Source: Octopus vulgaris (taxonomy: Eukaryota). Taken from it: 64,000 nt of DNA. The notes beneath the pieces are model-generated. The model was not told the origin of the DNA. It saw only the letters and a list, made by a program, of their open reading frames with translations, and did no database searches. Shown one piece after another: positions 14,056 to 25,515 of the stretch (the first letter of the stretch is position 1; each line of letters opens with the position of its first letter). Made by a program: the position numbers and the translations under genes. The stretch lies in assembly GCA_951406725.2 (NCBI GenBank), contig OX597833.1:56296001-56360000 (forward strand), given 5' to 3'.

Positions 14056-14309
14056 ATTTATATTATATTGAGGGTACTACTATTCGTAGATACCAACACG
14101 CTAAGAGGGACCAATGCGGTCAAAACTACTAAAAATAAACAAAATTTTACCGAATGCAAAACTTCAAAACACATCATTTTTTTTTAAATGATGTGTTTTG
14201 AAGTTTTGCATTCGGTAAAATTTTGTTTATTTTTAGTAGTTTCGACCGCATTGGTCCCTCTTAGCATGTTGGTATCTACGAATAGTAGTACCCTCAATAT
14301 AATATAAAT
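14056..14309. repeat. Near-perfect palindrome: 124-bp arms, 6-nt T loop
   Basis: 14056-14179 is the reverse complement of 14186-14309 with about 2 mismatches. Confidence 0.9.
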
Positions 14310-14751
14310 ATATATATATATATGTGGGAAAGCATTGGACTACTATTAAGTTTCTTCAGCTTGAAGATTTTACTGTCCTGAAAATGCAGTGACGCCTGGT
14401 TCCAGATGCCATTTTGGGATTTTCATCCATGCATGTGCAGGGATTAGAGCCTTACGGAAGGCCTGCCGGAAGCCCCTTCTGTGCATGCACAGTCATCATT
14501 TTTTTCTTTTTTATGTAAATATTGAGGGAAAATGTGTTAGGAAAGTACTTTACAGCTGGAGGACTAAGCTAAGCTAAGCTAAAATTGATTATATTTTTTT
14601 TCCTTGTAACTGTTTGTTCAGCAAATTTAGCTTCTCAAATATACCTGAAAGGTAAACTGTGTCACATTTGACAGCTGGAATTTCTTCTCCAAGCTGCTTA
14701 CCATCCAGAAACACTACAACACTGTTCCAAAGTTCAATAAAAGGATGCAGG

Positions 14752-15188
14752 TAGTTATTATAATAATAATAATAATAATAATAATTGTGTACAGTGCTCA
14801 GGTGCACTACAACTCATCTAAAGTGTATATATAATCAGGTGTAGTTTCGGCGGATTTCGGAAAGCATGAGGGCCTTAAAGGATGCAGTGTCATGGCAGTC
14901 AACAACTGACGCAGGCAGTTTATTCCATGCTTCAGCAACTCTGAGCGTGAAAAAAATGTTTCCGAAAGTCATGGGAGCTGTGTTGTTTTCTGACTTTGTA
15001 GGCATGTCCACGTGTGTTAGACACATGGAGATCGAAAAGGTGTTCAGTGTTGTTGTTGGTGAGGTGGTTGATAACTTTGTGGGCGTTTACCAAGTCCGTC
15101 GCCAGACGCCGGAGCTTCAGTGAATCCATGCCCAGGGAAACAAGGCGCTCAGAATATGGTAGGTGTCTGATGGAGGGTATGCGTTTGG
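14752..15188 (-). mobile_element. CR1-clade LINE 3' end, inverted relative to 6438-6905
   Basis: Near-identical reverse complement of about 6477-6900, with a frameshift and (TTA)n tail. Confidence 0.85.
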
Positions 15189-15466
15189 CTATCCTTAGAC
15201 ATCTTTTATCAAGCAAGAAAAGATGAACAGCAAAGTTAACCTTGGTAAGATTTGAACTCAGAGAGCAGAAAGCGGGGGAAGAAAATACTAGAAGGCATTT
15301 TATCCAATGCACTAATGACTTTGCTGCCAATTTCCCACCTTTTATGAGAGGATTAGTTTAATTTGATTTAATACCTTGGGATTGACCCAGTTAGCTACCA
15401 GCCTTCCCCTTTACAAAAATTAGTCTTCAACCTATTTTAAAGAAATAAATGTTTCTTTGTGCGTTG

Positions 15467-15523
<57 letters not shown>

Positions 15524-15685
15524 TGTGTGTGTGCGTGTGTGTGTGTCTGTGTGTGTGTGTCTGTGTGTGTGAGTGTCTCTGTGTGTGTGTATCTGTGTGT
15601 GTGTGTGTCTGTGTGTGCGCGTGTCTGTGTGTGTGTGTCTCTGTGTATGTGTGTGTCTGTGTCTGTGTGTGTGTGTGTGTGTGTA
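15467..15685. repeat. (TG)n microsatellite
   Basis: Read directly from the sequence. Confidence 0.95.
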
Positions 15686-15863
15686 AATCTGTGCTTGGGT
15701 AATGAGAGAAAAAGTATGATGTATGTCAGCATGTGTAAACTGCATAATATGTATTGAACAGCCATATACACAACCTTATATGTAATCTGCTAATATAACC
15801 ACATATGATGAATGACAATACATCCTTTTCTCATTTGAATGACTTATATCACTTTCATCACAG

Positions 15864-16123
15864 ACTCAATAGCATATGCAGGTCAATGTGGAGACTACTT
15901 TTTGGTGCCACCAAACTGTACTTATGAAGTATCGGTCAACTTTGGTATTCACGAACAGGATCTTGGCAGCCTCTACTGTGTTCTCACGTTTCTGGCACTC
16001 GGAGGGTCCAGGAGGAAGTTTTGCCTTAATATTACCAAAATCCATCTCACAGAAGACATGGACATCTATGTTTTCGAAGGTGAAAATATGGAATATCCTG
16101 AACTCTACCAACATATCATTCGG
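15864..16123 (+). CDS. Exon 2, first half of CUB-like module 1
   Basis: Acceptor tttcatcacag|AC, phase 1 matches exon 1. Reads DSIAYAGQCGDYFLVPPNC...YCVLTFLALGGSRRKFCLNITKIHL...HIIR. Donor CGG|GTAAGA, phase 0. Confidence 0.8.
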
Positions 16124-18164
16124 GTAAGAATTTCTATTTCCCTCAATTATTTTCACCATCAGCATTTTTTTGGCACTTCCTCTGCTAGTATAGGTTCTAT
16201 TAGGTTTGCACCAATAGCATAGCTGTTGGGTGAGATGAAGGAGCAGTCCATGCTGGGTGATGCTTTTATAGAGGCAAAGAGCATTTTTGGGACTGCTGCA
16301 CAGGAGACAGATGAGGTTTTTGTTTGTTCCTTCTCGAGCCGCGCCTGGTTCATAAGGGCCGGTTTCCCAGTTTCCTTGGCGTATATGATCCCCACCAGGA
16401 TGGGACACCGGTCCATCGCAAGTGAGCTGCAAGATGCAGGAGGAAAGAGTGAGAGAAAGTTGTGGCGAAGGAGTCAGCAGAAGTTCGCCATTACCTTCAG
16501 CCGGAGCCGCATGGAGCTTAGGTGTTTTCGCTCATAAACACACACATTGCCCGGTCTGAGATTCGAACCCACGATCCCTCAACCGTGAGTCTGCTGCTCT
16601 AACCACAAGGCCATGTGCCTCCACAGACAGATGGGGTGGGGACACTCAAGGGCTGCCTTGGATGGCAAACACTCAAGCCATGTTACTGATTTGCACTGTA
16701 GGACATCACCATCTTTGTGATCATGTGTCATCTCATCTGAGAGACCAAACTTCTTGAAATCTGTCTCACCATTTCTTTTTCATGTTTTTTGCCTTGATCT
16801 TATACTCTGCTTTTCAATCATGATGATATTACACATCTGACAAAATTTCATAAATACTCATTTCATTTTTCTCCAGCTTCCACAAAAAAATCTTCATCCA
16901 ATGCCTGTCTCACTAAACAGCCTCATGCTTCTTAGACACACTTTATACAGCCTGCCTTTTTGCACACAGAGAGAACCACTTTATCACAAACAGAGGTAAT
17001 AATAATCCACTGAATTCCATCTGCTACTTCCACTTTTGCTCTATCATCTATATTTTCACTATAACTCTGTAACATTTAATTATATCACCTGGGCAGTAAA
17101 CACATTTTGCATTTAGTTTTTACATGATTTTTCCCCTTTCTAAAATTGTTTCTTTTTATATTCTAGAAAGACAAAAATTAGTCACCATAGCTTTCTTAGA
17201 CATGATTAGTAAGAGGAATCTCATGGTCAGTTGCCTTGTGCAGATTTCTGAGATATAACATCATTATCAATATCATTTAAATGTTCACTTTACCATGCTT
17301 GTATGGGTCAGACTCAGTTTGTAGAGGTAGATTCTCTATAACGGGATGCCCCACCTGTCATCAACTTTTACCTGTTTACAAGTAAGATAATATTTACCCA
17401 AGGTTAGGTTTTTCACGAAAGACCAGAAATGAACAACAGCACTTGTACGATGGTGATGCTTGTTGGCAACAATGATGACAAGACAGCGGTACATACACAC
17501 ATGAGCTTCTTTCAGTTTCCATCCACCAAGTCCACTTTCCCAAAGTGCTGCACGGTGAGACTGAATCCAAAGCCACTTGGTTGTAAAGCAAGCCATGCCT
17601 GTACCTGCAAATAAGTTACACAACTAAATACAATAAGGTTTAGATGTAAGAGAGTCTGTGTGGTAAGTAGCTTGCTTGCCAACCACATGGTTCCGGGTTC
17701 AGTCCCACTGCATGGCACCTTGGGCAAGTGTCTTCTACTATAGCCTCGGGCCGACCAAAGCCTTGTGAGTGGATTTGGTAGACAGAAACTGAAAAAAGGC
17801 CTGTCGTATATATGTATATATATGTATGCATGTGTGTATATGTTTGTGTGTCTGTCTTTGTCTCCCCAACATTGCTTGACAACTGATGCTAGTGTGTTTA
17901 CGTCCCCGTAACTTAGCAGTTTGGCAAAAGAGACCGATAGAATAAGCGCTAGGCTTACAAAGAATAAGTGCTGGGGTCGATTTGCTCAACTAAAGGTGGT
18001 GCTCCAGCATGGCCACAGTCAAATGACTGAAACAAGTAAAAGAGTAAAAGAGTACCCTAACACGTTACAAAAGGTCCAGTCCATCTCTCCTTTCATTTCT
18101 ATATTTTCCGTCTCAGCTACAAATTAATACAAAGTCATTTCTTGCGTATCCCTTATTTTTACAG

Positions 18165-18297
18165 CACTTAACCAACAAAGAGGGACCCCAGATATTCTGC
18201 ACCAACACAAACACCCTCAGTGTTCGGTTCGAGTACCCAATCCTAAAAGGCAGTCTCTCTCCTGACGTGGAATTCAAAGTCATACCAACAGATGACG
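18165..18297 (+). CDS. Exon 3, second half of CUB-like module 1
   Basis: Acceptor ccttatttttacag|CAC. Reads HLTNKEGPQIFCTNTNTLSVRFEYPILKGSLSPDVEFKVIPTDD. Donor G|GTCAGT, phase 1. Not in the ORF track. Confidence 0.75.
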
Positions 18298-18799
18298 GTC
18301 AGTTCTTTTTACATTGATAACACAATATGCAGTTTATTTATTTATTTTTTCTTGAGTGGTAGACACATCATGCAACCCAGTTTAACACTACCTCCTGACC
18401 CTCAGATCACTTTAGCAGAGCTTGCTCTGTTGCAAGCCATTAGGACCAAGCTTTCTGCACTCACTTCCAACACCTACAATCTACCCAACACACACCATCT
18501 CTCTCTTTCCTACCCTTTCTCTCTCTCTCTCTCTTACCCTTTCTCTAGCTACTGGAGCATGGTGTGTTGTGTATTCTTATATTCAGATTAAAGACCTAAC
18601 CAAGGCTAACTTGTGAGCAAGTGAACTCAACCAAAGGCACCCAAGGACGAAGTGTTAGTGTTAAATTGAGCAAAAGATTGTATCTGTGCAAATAGTTTAT
18701 GAACTAATAACACACACACACACACCACTACCACCAAAACCACAACCACCACCACCACCATTGCCATTATCATCATCATCATTTTATGTCTGCATTCTA

Positions 18800-19346
18800 T
18801 AGACCGGAAACAAGACACTCATAATCATGACAAGTTTTTGTAGAAAAGTGAGGTCGGCACTGGATGAGTGCCTCACACAATTCCTTACATAGTCGTGGAA
18901 AGGAAAATAGCGGGAACAAGAATCTCCGAACAAATAACAATAATATATTTTTCTGTCCGTACAAGCATGACATCTTTGGACACTCGGTAGCCAGGTCGCC
19001 TTGGAGTGGAAACAGCAGAGTCGGTTTAATCACAATTGTGAAGGCATCCTTCACAGATTCGCCAAAGTCGTGGATCGCCTTCAGAATTCCAGCCACATGG
19101 AGCTGATCTAGTTGCGTCCGGCTCGGTCTGCAGCCAGGGCGAAGAGAGAGAATAGCGGTCAAACCTAGCTGTTGCTGATGACTGCGCATGCGCATAAGGG
19201 GCTTCCGGCAGGCTTTCCGGAAGGCTCTAATCCCTGCGCATGCATGGATGAAAATCCCAAAATGGCATCTGGAACTAGGCGTCACTACATTTTCATGACA
19301 GTAAAATCTTCAAGCTGAAGAAACTTAATAGTAGTTCAATGCTTTC

Positions 19347-19350
<4 letters not shown>
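18800..19350 (-). mobile_element. Unclassified (LTR-like?) element; its 5' 173 bp also present inverted at 14326-14498
   Basis: About 10 mismatches in 173 bp between the two copies. Both start next to (TA)n tracts. Confidence 0.55.
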
Positions 19351-19392
<42 letters not shown>

Positions 19393-19614
19393 ATATTAGG
19401 GAGTATATCCAAACTTACAGGGAAAAATTAGATTTAGGATTAAATCAAATTTCACAGTATAAATTATATTATATTTATGTTTTTATGTTTTGTTTTATGT
19501 CTATCACTGTTTGATTTGCATAATAGTGGTTTTATCTCTAATTTAATTTATATAAATCAGAAATATTAAATTTCTAAATGTCTCATAGATATATGTACGG
19601 TGGTGGGGCGATAT

Positions 19615-19856
19615 AATGGTTGTATACTGTCAATTTAACATGACAGTAGGGGATTACACCACCGCTGTTTAGCCCTAGGAAGCATCAACGCTTCCTGTCG
19701 GCTTCAACACACTTACTGTGTCCTTATATATAAAAAAATATATAAGGACACAGTAGAAGTGTGTCGAAGCTGGCAGGAAGCATCGATGCTTCCTAGGGCT
19801 AAACAGCAGTGGTGTAATCCCCTACTGTCACGTTAAGTTGACAGTATACAACCATT
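19615..19856. repeat. Fold-back palindrome: about 117-bp arms, 6-nt A loop
   Basis: aatggttgtatactgtca...ccttatatat / atatataagg...tgacagtatacaaccatt, with about 8 transitions and a 2-nt indel. Confidence 0.9.
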
Positions 19857-19857
19857 C

Positions 19858-19891
<34 letters not shown>

Positions 19892-19911
19892 CATTAGTTT
19901 TTGTAATTTAT

Positions 19912-20120
19912 TTACAATAAAAGAAATGGTCTTGTCTTCAACCACCTTGAATCACAAAGGCCTAGAACTCTGAGCTTGCAGAGCTTCATATCAGCAGCAA
20001 TCTGGGCCATTTTTTCATTTTTTAACACGATCCTGATGTTCCATATTCCAGCCACAAGGTTGTCCTTGGTGAGAGAATATTGTTCAACATCAAAGCTTCC
20101 TTTGGCTTTCACTACATTGC
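19912..20120 (-). pseudogene. RTE-clade LINE endonuclease N-terminal relic
   Basis: GIWNIRIVLKNEKMAQIAADMKLCKLRVLGLCDSRW resembles the RTE APE start TWNVRT...GK.AQ...I.G.SE.RW. Confidence 0.6.
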
Positions 20121-20953
20121 TTCACATGCAGTCTATGAAGATTACCTTTCCTTACCAAGATCAGTTTTATATGACCTCTTGGTGTTTCAGTGACAGCATA
20201 AAAAATTGATAGTGAAGGGCAGATAACCCTGCATTTATCATGCTCCCCCTTTCTCAACTGAGTTTGGGATTAACTATGGTAGAGTTATAAGAAATATTAC
20301 TCCTTTCTACTAAAGGCACAAGGCCTGAAATTTTGTGGGAAGGCACTAGTTGATTACATCAACACCAGTGTTTCACAGGTAATAAATTTATTGACACCAA
20401 AAGGACGAAAGGCAAAGTCAACCTCAGTCATCATCGTTTAACGTCCGCTTTCCATGCTAGCATGGGTTGGACGATTTTGACTGAGGGCTGGCGAACCAGA
20501 TGGCTGCACCAGGCTCCAATCTTGATTTGGCAGAGTTTCTACAGCTGGATACCCTTCCTAATGCCAACCACTCCGAGAGTGTAGTGGGTGCTTTTTACGG
20601 GCCACTGGCACGGGGGCTAGTCAGGCAGTACTGGCAACGACCTTGCTCAAATCCTTTTACACATGCCACCAACACAGGTGCCAGTAAGGCGACATTGGTG
20701 GATTTTTTAAACTCAGAATATAGCAACGGGTGAATTACTGCTCAGGATTTTGTCCCGTATGCTAACAATAAAAGAAATGAAAACTTCAGATGCACCACAT
20801 CAAGAGCAATGGAGTATTTTTTAACTTTCCTTTTTACTCATTAGCTTCATGCAAATTTTTTATACTACTAGCTTGGAAATAAACCTTGATGATCCGTCTT
20901 GGCTATAACTGGTAGATCAAATAAACTAAAAGTCTACAGCTCTTTTTTTTCAG

Positions 20954-21192
20954 TGGTACTCATGAAAGGAAATGACTGCTTCAAGAACTTTGAAATGGAC
21001 AATCAAAGCTTCTACCGAGTGGTAACCTGGCCGGACAGTACTGAACATCATGCATCCTGGGGTGGTTGTTTCTTGACCTTTGTGCGTGAATCATCAGGAA
21101 CGATGTGTGTACAGTTTTTGAACTTCTACATTGGAAAAGACAGCACCGATGTCAGCCTTACATTTTTGGTTGGAGATAACATCCCAATGATG
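20954..21192 (+). CDS. Exon 4, first half of CUB-like module 2
   Basis: Acceptor ttttttttcag|TG, phase 1. Reads VVLMKGNDCFKNF...GGCFLTFVRESSGTMCVQFLNFYIG...IPMM. Donor ATG|GTAAAT, phase 0. Same C..C-x-LTF..C pattern as exon 2. Confidence 0.8.
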
Positions 21193-21801
21193 GTAAATAT
21201 TCCGTTAATATCTCTTTTTTTTTATCTTTCACTTATTTCAGTCAATGGGGTGTAACCTATTTCTTTACTACCCACAAGGGGCTAAACACGGAGGGGACAA
21301 ACAATTCCACCAAGAACAATAATACCCAAACTCTCTCAGCATTCATCATTCATAGTAACAGCAGTATTTTTCTTTTGCTTGTCTATGAAAAAAATAAAAG
21401 ATTGTTGTGAAAAATCTCAAGAGATTTTGTCATCTTCCTCTATGTACGGCTGTTGACCTCCAAAGCTAGAAATAACAGCCAGCTGCTACCAGTCATCAAC
21501 TCTCTAGCACTCATACACCTCTGACAAGTGGTGACCTGTTCTACCAGCCACAAGTGGTGACCCTATCTCCTACTACAAGTACAAATACGATAATGCAAAA
21601 CTATGATCAGCAAGGACAACTTACTTCAATAAGAAACAGAGTGTCTGGTTACTAAAAATAAAATAATATAACTTTCATGACATAAAAAAAAAAAAACTTA
21701 CAAGAATATTAAATAATCTATACATTATCACAAGAGAAAAATCTGAAAATATAAAACAAAATAAAAGGAAGTTTTAAATAACAAAAACATACACCTTCAT
21801 G

Positions 21802-21860
<59 letters not shown>

Positions 21861-21864
<4 letters not shown>

Positions 21865-22330
21865 TGAAGTATATTTGCCACTTAAATGTGGCTAACCACT
21901 AAGGGTGGATGCTACTGTAGCTTGTAGCCCCAGGCGAACATCTTCTCCAGCTAGCTATTGACACACTTTCTGTGCCCTATCGGTATTTGCAAAGGGAAGC
22001 CATCCTTCCCATCGTCGACCTGACATGATACACACGGACCCAGGTTTCTGGGTAATTACCCGTCATCAGTGCACGAAAATCACCAGTCTTCGATGCGAAG
22101 GGGTCCCAATGCAAATACATATATTCTTTTTCCAGTGATGAAAAGTCACTGATCTCAAAAAAGTGATAGGGCACAGAAAATGTGTCAATAGCCAGCTGGA
22201 GAAGATGTTCTCCTGGGGCTACAAGCTACAGTAGCATCCACCCTTAGTGGTTAGCCACATTTAAGTGGCAAATATACTTCACATTGTTGTGCAGCTACTG
22301 TTTAAACCTTGTTCAGAGATTTATTATTGC
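21861..22330. mobile_element. Fold-back element: about 120-bp inverted arms with a hammerhead motif in the spacer
   Basis: 21861-21980 versus about 22165-22285 inverted. A further copy of the family is at about 11690-11995. Flanked by (AAT)n. Confidence 0.75.
22031..22075 (-). ncRNA. Minimal hammerhead ribozyme motif (paralogue of 11904-11948)
   Basis: Minus strand cgtgca-CTGATGA-c-gggtaattaccc-a-GAAAC-ctgg-GTC-cgtgtg. Stem I is weak. Confidence 0.5.
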
Positions 22331-22386
<56 letters not shown>

Positions 22387-22412
22387 CTTTGTTTCTTTAT
22401 CCTTATTTCCAG

Positions 22413-22560
22413 TCACTGAATGTCAACAGCAGTTTTCCAAATGCCACTTTTTGTACACCTACCAAACTTCTTTTTGTCGAATTGCGTCAAAAGGTTACAT
22501 TTGTTAAGCAGTTAAGAGACTACAATTTTGTGTTTCTTGTCACTGCTGAAACCCTTGAAA
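22413..22560 (+). CDS. Exon 5, second half of CUB-like module 2
   Basis: Acceptor ccttatttccag|TCA. Reads SLNVNSSFPNATFCTPTKLLFVELRQKVTFVKQLRDYNFVFLVTAETLE. Donor A|GTAAGT, phase 1. The FCT motif parallels exon 3. Confidence 0.75.
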
Positions 22561-22721
22561 GTAAGTAAATGTGACAACGTCTTTAGACAACAGCCAGTCG
22601 TTCATTCAGTTTTTTTCTCTCTACATCTATTTTTCCATGCTAGCTTGGGTCACATGAATATGTTACTGAGGCATTGCTTTACAGTCAGATGCCCCAGCTG
22701 TTACTAACCCTTATTTGTTTA

Positions 22722-22952
22722 TTAACCCTTTCATTACCAACCCGGCTGAAACAAACTCTGGCTCTGAGTACAAATGTCTTGTTTTCAATCGTTCTGAATT
22801 AAAATCTTCCACACCAAACCTTAGTCACAATTTATGTTCCTAACACTAGCTGAATGATAACTAAGTTATTTTACTAAATTCTTTGTTATATCTAAAATTA
22901 ATTGAAAGAAACATAGAGCATCTCAAAATAAATAGAGTAATGAAAGGGTTAA
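22722..22952. mobile_element. piggyBac-like MITE
   Basis: TTAACCCTTTCATTAC...GTAATGAAAGGGTTAA. Further copies at about 24190-24692, 34090-34201 and 40536-40766. Confidence 0.75.
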
Positions 22953-23034
22953 GTAAGGGATATTTTATCTCACACATCATCAAAAGTGCAAGTGTAGATT
23001 GTACAATGTGTGAACCGTGTTACTACAAGGTAGC

Positions 23035-23300
23035 GAGATATGAACACTGAATATGGATGATGTGAAAAAGCTAGAATGAAGCAAGCATGATCAACTGGAT
23101 GTGTAATACTAGTCTGCATGAATGACGAGCCACAAGTGAGATAAGAAAAAAAATGGGCATAAGAGGAATTAAATGTAGTGTGCATACAAGTATATTGGTA
23201 TAGATATGTAATGAGCAAGAATGGTGACAGATAGGTGAGGAAATGCTAGATTTATGTGAAAAGGACCAGCAGAAGAGGTAGTTCAAGGAAGGCATGGGCA
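23035..23300 (+). pseudogene. Degraded RTE LINE C-terminal fragment
   Basis: Frameshifted EASMINWMCNTSLHE...IRKKMGIRGIKCSV...W. Confidence 0.45.
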
Positions 23301-24061
23301 GAAATGGTGAAAGCTGATCTTGGGATGTTGAACCTTGTGAAGATGACAAAGGTTAACAACAAGTGTTGGAATGATATATTGGTGAGTACTCTTCTAACTC
23401 ATGCAAGCATGAGAAAATGGACATAAAATGATGAAAATGATAATGGTGGTGAGGAGTACCTGGTAATTTAGGGAGTTGAACACAAAGCTCCTAAATATGA
23501 AAATGGTTGGGAGCTTATTCAGGGAAAGTTGAATCTACAATGTGTTAGTTGAACAATTACCTAGAAGCTCAATTACTAATTTCTTTAGTTTTCAGTAAGG
23601 AAGGGGATACATGTGTCAAAACCATTCCGCCACCCAGCTGACAGGAACTGGATGAATATGACATTTTTACTTTCTTCATGATCCTTCTCATTGGCAGGGT
23701 CCAATATCTTTATACATAACATCTTTTTCATATTTCTGTTGACCATTTTCAGTCACCAAATATTCATTTAAAAATAGATTTTACACAAAACAAAGATTGA
23801 TAAAACAAATATAGCACCTCCACCCATCACTTCTCCCAAATATTTTTTTCTCTCTGTTCTGTTAAAAATAATCCATTCTAGAAAGAAAACATCATATAAC
23901 CCAGCTAAAAATGTGTTTCTCTCACAATATATTGATATAGAACTTGAAATGATGTTTGCATAAAGCAATTCTGTGTGTCACTACTAAATTGTCACAGTTC
24001 AAGCCATCACAAACCAAATCTATATGTGTCTTTTTAACCCTTGTAAAATTGTAGGATAAAT

Positions 24062-24780
24062 TTAACCCTTTTGATACCAACCCACTTGAGACCCCTACTT
24101 AAGTTCAATGGTACACATTTTCTGTTTTAAAATTATCTAAATTAAAACTTTCCTTCATAATTTATGCTAATTTATGTGCTAAACACCTGTTAACCCTTTC
24201 ATTACTGTATTTATTTTGAGATGCTCTGTGTTTCTTTCAATTACTTTAAATATAACAAAGAGTTTAGTAAAATAACTTAGTTATTATTAAGCTAGTGTTA
24301 GGAACATAAATTGTGACTAAGGTTTGGTAGAAGATTTTAATTCAGAACTTTTGAAAACAAGACATTTGTACTTCAGAGCTAGAGACGGTTACAGGCCGGT
24401 TGGTATCAAAAGGGTTTAAAGGAGATGTTTCATATAAAAGATCCAAGGTTCCAATAAAATTTAACCCTTTTGATACCATATTTCTGTTGAGACACCCTGT
24501 GTTTCTTTCAATTATTTTAAATATAAGAAAGAGTTTAGTAAAATAACTTAGTTATTATTCAGCTTGTGTTAGGAACATAAATTGTGACTAAGGTTTGGTG
24601 GAAGATTTTTTAATTCAAAACTTATGATAACAAGACATTTGTACTACAGAGCCGGAGCCAGTTTCAGTCGGGCTGGTAACGAAGGGGTTGAACAAAACAA
24701 AGCTATTTAAATAAATTCAATATTTTAAGAATTAATTGAAGCAAAGTCAATGTATTTCAATGGAAATATGGTAACAAAAC
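24062..24780. mobile_element. Nested cluster of piggyBac-like MITEs
   Basis: Repeated TTAACCCTTT(T/C) termini at about 24062, 24190 and 24462. Confidence 0.6.
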
Positions 24781-24845
24781 ATGAACACACATACATTTAA
24801 ACATTTAGCTTCTGTTAACACTTTCTAAACTTCTTATCATTTCAG

Positions 24846-24940
24846 ATGGCTCCCAGACAAGTTGGAGTGTATCAACATTACTATTAATAAGCCTTACTGT
24901 TATTTTAAACTTTTACCTAAATGGCTGTGAGGAACGTTAA
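24846..24940 (+). CDS. Terminal exon 6, GPI-anchor-like signal
   Basis: Acceptor ttatcatttcag|AT, phase 1. Reads NGSQTSWSVSTLLLISLTVILNFYLNGCEER-stop: small-residue omega site followed by a hydrophobic tail. Total CDS 981 nt = 326 aa + stop. Confidence 0.65.
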
Positions 24941-25224
24941 CTTTTATCAAAATTAACTCAAGGAAACTGGAAGAAACATCATCTCCTGTATATTTTCTGT
25001 CTATAATAAATTCATTACAGTATCTTTCAGCATTGGCCTTCTTCTTTATGATAATACGATGGATATTAGCTGCTTTGCTTTGCTTTGCTGCTGTTGTTGT
25101 TGTTACTATTTTTGAATGGTACCTTAGGGTGAGATGGGAAAGGAAATAACGGTCTTAATGACAACAGACTCTGGAATGGAAGGAGATAAAAGGACCTATG
25201 ATGATGGTAATGATAATAATAGTG

Positions 25225-25246
25225 TTGGTGGTGGTGGTGGTGCTGC

Positions 25247-25280
<34 letters not shown>

Positions 25281-25321
25281 TCTGCTGCTACTGATGATGA
25301 TGGTGGTGGTGGTGGTGGTGG

Positions 25322-25377
<56 letters not shown>

Positions 25378-25383
25378 ATGATG

Positions 25384-25415
<32 letters not shown>

Positions 25416-25515
25416 GATGATGATGGTGGTGATGATGATGATGGTGGTGGTGGTGGTTGTGGTGATGATGGTGGTGGTGGTGGTGGTGGTGGTGATGATG
25501 ATGATGATGATGATC
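25225..25515. repeat. Compound (GGT)n/(GCT)n/(GAT)n trinucleotide repeat
   Basis: Read directly from the sequence. Lies just 3' of the CUB-like gene stop codon. Confidence 0.95.

Noticed and set aside
18797-19285. 162-aa minus-strand ORF
   Set aside because: Lies in a repeated element (second copy at 14326) and has no recognisable domain.
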